DNA from: an uncultured bacterium | Lineage (GTDB): Bacteria; CAIJMQ01 | Length of the DNA stretch: 19,473 bases | Reading direction: 5' to 3' | Assembly (NCBI GenBank): GCA_964573245.1 | Contig: CAZNJA010000008.1 | Location: 1 to 19,473, forward strand | Shown here: positions 17,256-19,473 of the stretch, piece after piece | How the letters are laid out: each line of letters begins with the position of its first letter | Position numbering within the stretch: the first letter of the stretch is position 1 | Notes under the pieces: generated by a model | Database searches by the model: none | Seen by the model: the letters and a program-made list of their open reading frames with translations, nothing else | Told to the model about the DNA's origin: nothing | Translations under genes and position numbers: made by a program

Positions 17256-17645
17256 CTATTTACCCTTGCCTTTTGACTGCTTTTTCTTTTTGCTTTCTTT
17301 CGCTTTAGTTTTTTTGCCTTCCACAATCACCGTTGTATGCGACGTTCTTTTCTGAATAACCGAAGCCCCACCTCTCGCGTGAAATCTTATTCTCTTCCAC
17401 CTTGAACCTTCGTCAACTTTCACTTCTTTTACAATAAGAGAGTCTTCGTCTATAGAAGTTTCTTTTTGCAATAGATTGGCAACAGCACTTTTTAAAACTT
17501 TACCCAAAATTCCCGCGCCTTTTTTGTTAGTAAACTGCAATACTACCAAGGATCTATTAACTTCCTTGCCTCTAATTAAAGAAGCAACTTCCCTCAGTTT
17601 TGCGGGCGATATTTTAACAAAACGCAACATTGATTTTCCAGTCAC
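17256..17645 (-). CDS. rplV: 50S ribosomal protein L22
   Basis: ISP.K.R.V..LIRGK, LKSAVAN, VDEG, KRTSH; GTG start with SD GGAGG. Confidence 0.95.
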   Translation of the reverse strand: MTGKSMLRFVKISPAKLREVASLIRGKEVNRSLVVLQFTNKKGAGILGKVLKSAVANLLQKETSIDEDSLIVKEVKVDEGSRWKRIRFHARGGASVIQKRTSHTTVIVEGKKTKAKESKKKKQSKGKGK

Positions 17646-17732
17646 TAAAAATTTCCTCCGGTTCTACAACCACAGAGATCGTAGCCCCCTTTAATTTAAA
17701 TGTTAATTATTACTAAATTAATGGCGGTTTAA

Positions 17733-18017
17733 TTATGTTGTAGTTGCAGCTTTTTCAGTATGCGCACCATGAGCCCTAAAAGTCCTGGTATGAACAAATT
17801 CACCGATTCTATAACCTACCATATTTTCCGTAATGTAAAGATTGACGAAGGTTTTACCATTATGAACAGAAAGAGTCAACCCAACAAAATCCGGAGTAAT
17901 CGTCGAACTTCTATTCCACGTCTTGATTGGCTTTCTACTGTTTTCCCTTTTTGCTTTTTCTATTTTGCCAACCAATTTCTGGTCTACAAAAGGCCCTTTT
18001 TTTAACGATCTACCCAT
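17733..18017 (-). CDS. rpsS: 30S ribosomal protein S19
   Basis: [36 protein letters not shown]. Confidence 0.97.
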   Translation of the reverse strand: MGRSLKKGPFVDQKLVGKIEKAKRENSRKPIKTWNRSSTITPDFVGLTLSVHNGKTFVNLYITENMVGYRIGEFVHTRTFRAHGAHTEKAATTT

Positions 18018-18020
18018 TTC

Positions 18021-18836
18021 TTATTTCCTTCTTTTCACTATATATTTATCAGAAAGTTTCTTTTTGCGAGTTTTCTTTTCGAGTTTCCCCCAAGGAGAAC
18101 AAGGATGTCTCCCGCCGGAACTTCTTCCTTCGCCACCACCAAGAGGATGGTCTATCGGATTCATTACCACTCCTCTGACTCTGGGCCTTCTTCCCAAGTG
18201 CCTGCTCCTACCCGCCTTGCCAATCCTTACCGAAGAATGCTCTATATTGCCTACTTGTCCAATGCAAGCTTTGCAATCTACTCTGAATTTTCTTATTTCG
18301 CCGGAAGGGAGTTTTACATTCGCAAAATCGCCCTCTTTAGCCAAAATCTGCGCATATGTTCCTGCAGCCCTCACAATTTGCGCGTTTTTGTCTTTATTTA
18401 ATTGGACATTGTATATGAGCGTTCCTACGGGAATGTTTCTTAATGGCAAAGCATTACCAGATGTCAAAGGGACATTTTCTCCATTTGATATTTTATCTCC
18501 GATTCTTAAATCCGCGGAAGCCACCATATACCTCTTATCTCCGTCCATATATTTTATTAAAGCGATGCGAGAAGACCTGTTTGGGTCATATTCAATACTC
18601 GAAACTACTCCTTCTATGCCTTCTTTTTTCATGCTGAAATCCACTATTCTATAACGACGTTTACAGCCTCCGCCTTTTCTCCTAACCGTTATACTGCCTT
18701 GGCGAGATCTGCCAGCTCTTCTTATATGTCCCCTTGTCAGCTTCTTTTCGGGCGATTTTTTCGTCAGGTCTTCAAAGGTTTGAGATATCATATTCCTCTG
18801 ACCTGCTGTAACCGGTTTATGTGTTTTTAATCCCAT
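18021..18836 (-). CDS. rplB: 50S ribosomal protein L2
   Basis: IEYDPNRS, GNALPL.NIP.GT, GKAGRSR.LG.RP.VRGV.MNPIDHP.GGGEG. Confidence 0.97.
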   Translation of the reverse strand: MGLKTHKPVTAGQRNMISQTFEDLTKKSPEKKLTRGHIRRAGRSRQGSITVRRKGGGCKRRYRIVDFSMKKEGIEGVVSSIEYDPNRSSRIALIKYMDGDKRYMVASADLRIGDKISNGENVPLTSGNALPLRNIPVGTLIYNVQLNKDKNAQIVRAAGTYAQILAKEGDFANVKLPSGEIRKFRVDCKACIGQVGNIEHSSVRIGKAGRSRHLGRRPRVRGVVMNPIDHPLGGGEGRSSGGRHPCSPWGKLEKKTRKKKLSDKYIVKRRK

Positions 18837-18861
18837 GTTATCGTTCCTAGTTTATTATCTA

Positions 18862-19152
18862 TTAACCTAATATATCTATCCTCTGCCCTTTCTTTAAAGT
18901 GACTATCGCTTCTTTCCAAGAAGCCGTTTTGCCTTCTTGTCTTAACCTAACTTTGCGCGGTTTTGATTTTCTTACTTTAGTATTAATCTTTATTACTTCC
19001 ACGCTAAACATTTGCTCAACTGCCCGCCTAATTGCATTTTTGTTAGCTCTAGGATCAACCCTAAACGAATATTTGCGATCAGATTCCATCTTAGCTGTCG
19101 TCTTTTCCGTTATTACGGGTTCTCTTATTATTTTAATCGGTTCGGCTATCAT
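18862..19152 (-). CDS. rplW: 50S ribosomal protein L23
   Basis: II..PVITEK, F.V...ANK..I..AVE..F.V.V, WK.AIVTL..GQ.I. Confidence 0.95.
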   Translation of the reverse strand: MIAEPIKIIREPVITEKTTAKMESDRKYSFRVDPRANKNAIRRAVEQMFSVEVIKINTKVRKSKPRKVRLRQEGKTASWKEAIVTLKKGQRIDILG

Positions 19153-19154
19153 TT

Positions 19155-19472
19155 TTAAACTCTCTTTTCTAATAAAGGTAAAGAATTAAGTTCCAATACT
19201 AACCAATCAAAAGATATCACGTCAAGAGCATTAAGTATTAATGGATTCTTTAAACTCACTTTTTCCAAGTTGTTTGCCGACTTACAAACAGATTCTGACG
19301 GTGAGTTTATAACTATCATCACTTTTGCTTTATCACTTCCAACTTGAACTTTGTTTAAGATTTCATTAAATTTTTTCGATTTGCCTTCTTGTAGATTTAG
19401 GCCGTGAATAATTTGTACTGGGCCTTCGTGCCCGTGTATTGGAAGGGCCGAGGGGAACGGCCTCGGGGTCGG
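19155..19472 (-). CDS. rplD: 50S ribosomal protein L4, C-terminal part (partial, missing from the ORF track)
   Basis: Manual translation ...QIIHGLNLQEGKSKKFNEILNKVQV...KVMIV...KSANNLEKV...LNALDVISFDWLVL...LEKRV*. Matches the L4 C-terminal pattern and lies directly upstream of rplW. Confidence 0.88.
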   Translation of the reverse strand, partial: PTPRPFPSALPIHGHEGPVQIIHGLNLQEGKSKKFNEILNKVQVGSDKAKVMIVINSPSESVCKSANNLEKVSLKNPLILNALDVISFDWLVLELNSLPLLEKRV

Positions 19473-19473
19473 G

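Noticed and set aside
6067..18654. Numerous + strand ORFs (e.g. 6067..6690, 12170..12622, 15012..15560, 17923..18654)
   Set aside because: Antisense shadows of conserved ribosomal genes; their F/L/S-rich composition mirrors Lys/Glu codons on the coding strand.
1..19473. Alternative genetic code or selenocysteine recoding
   Set aside because: Conserved genes translate full length in code 11, and TGA terminates rplX, rplE and others at expected positions.

Overview
AT-rich bacterial DNA, standard genetic code (TGA is used as a stop). About 13.6 kb (5850-19473, minus strand) is a fused S10-spc-alpha ribosomal protein cluster: rplD(partial)-rplW-rplB-rpsS-rplV-rpsC-rplP-rpmC-rpsQ-rplN-rplX-rplE-rpsN-rpsH-rplF-rplR-rpsE-rplO-secY-adk-infA-rpmJ-rpsM-rpsK-rpsD-rpoA-rplQ. 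rpmD (L30) and map are absent from their usual positions. Several proteins carry long charged tails, and S8, L22, L14 and L16 are divergent, suggesting a deep-branching or candidate-phylum anaerobe (inference). The cluster is followed on the same strand by a ferredoxin-fused etfA with no adjacent etfB, then a class II Fic protein. The left 3.5 kb holds the 3' end of a UVR-domain gene (probably uvrB), a 3D-domain protein, a four-gene operon (YgjP/M48-like, membrane protein, DUF2062, SLOG/MoCo-carrier-like) and fxsA. I cannot support a clear new multi-gene system. The best leads are the orphan Fd-etfA on the ribosomal operon, a highly structured intergenic element at 132-290, an inverted heptamer array, REP-like hairpins and two leaderless-looking genes. 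All family calls come from motif recognition, with no database searches.
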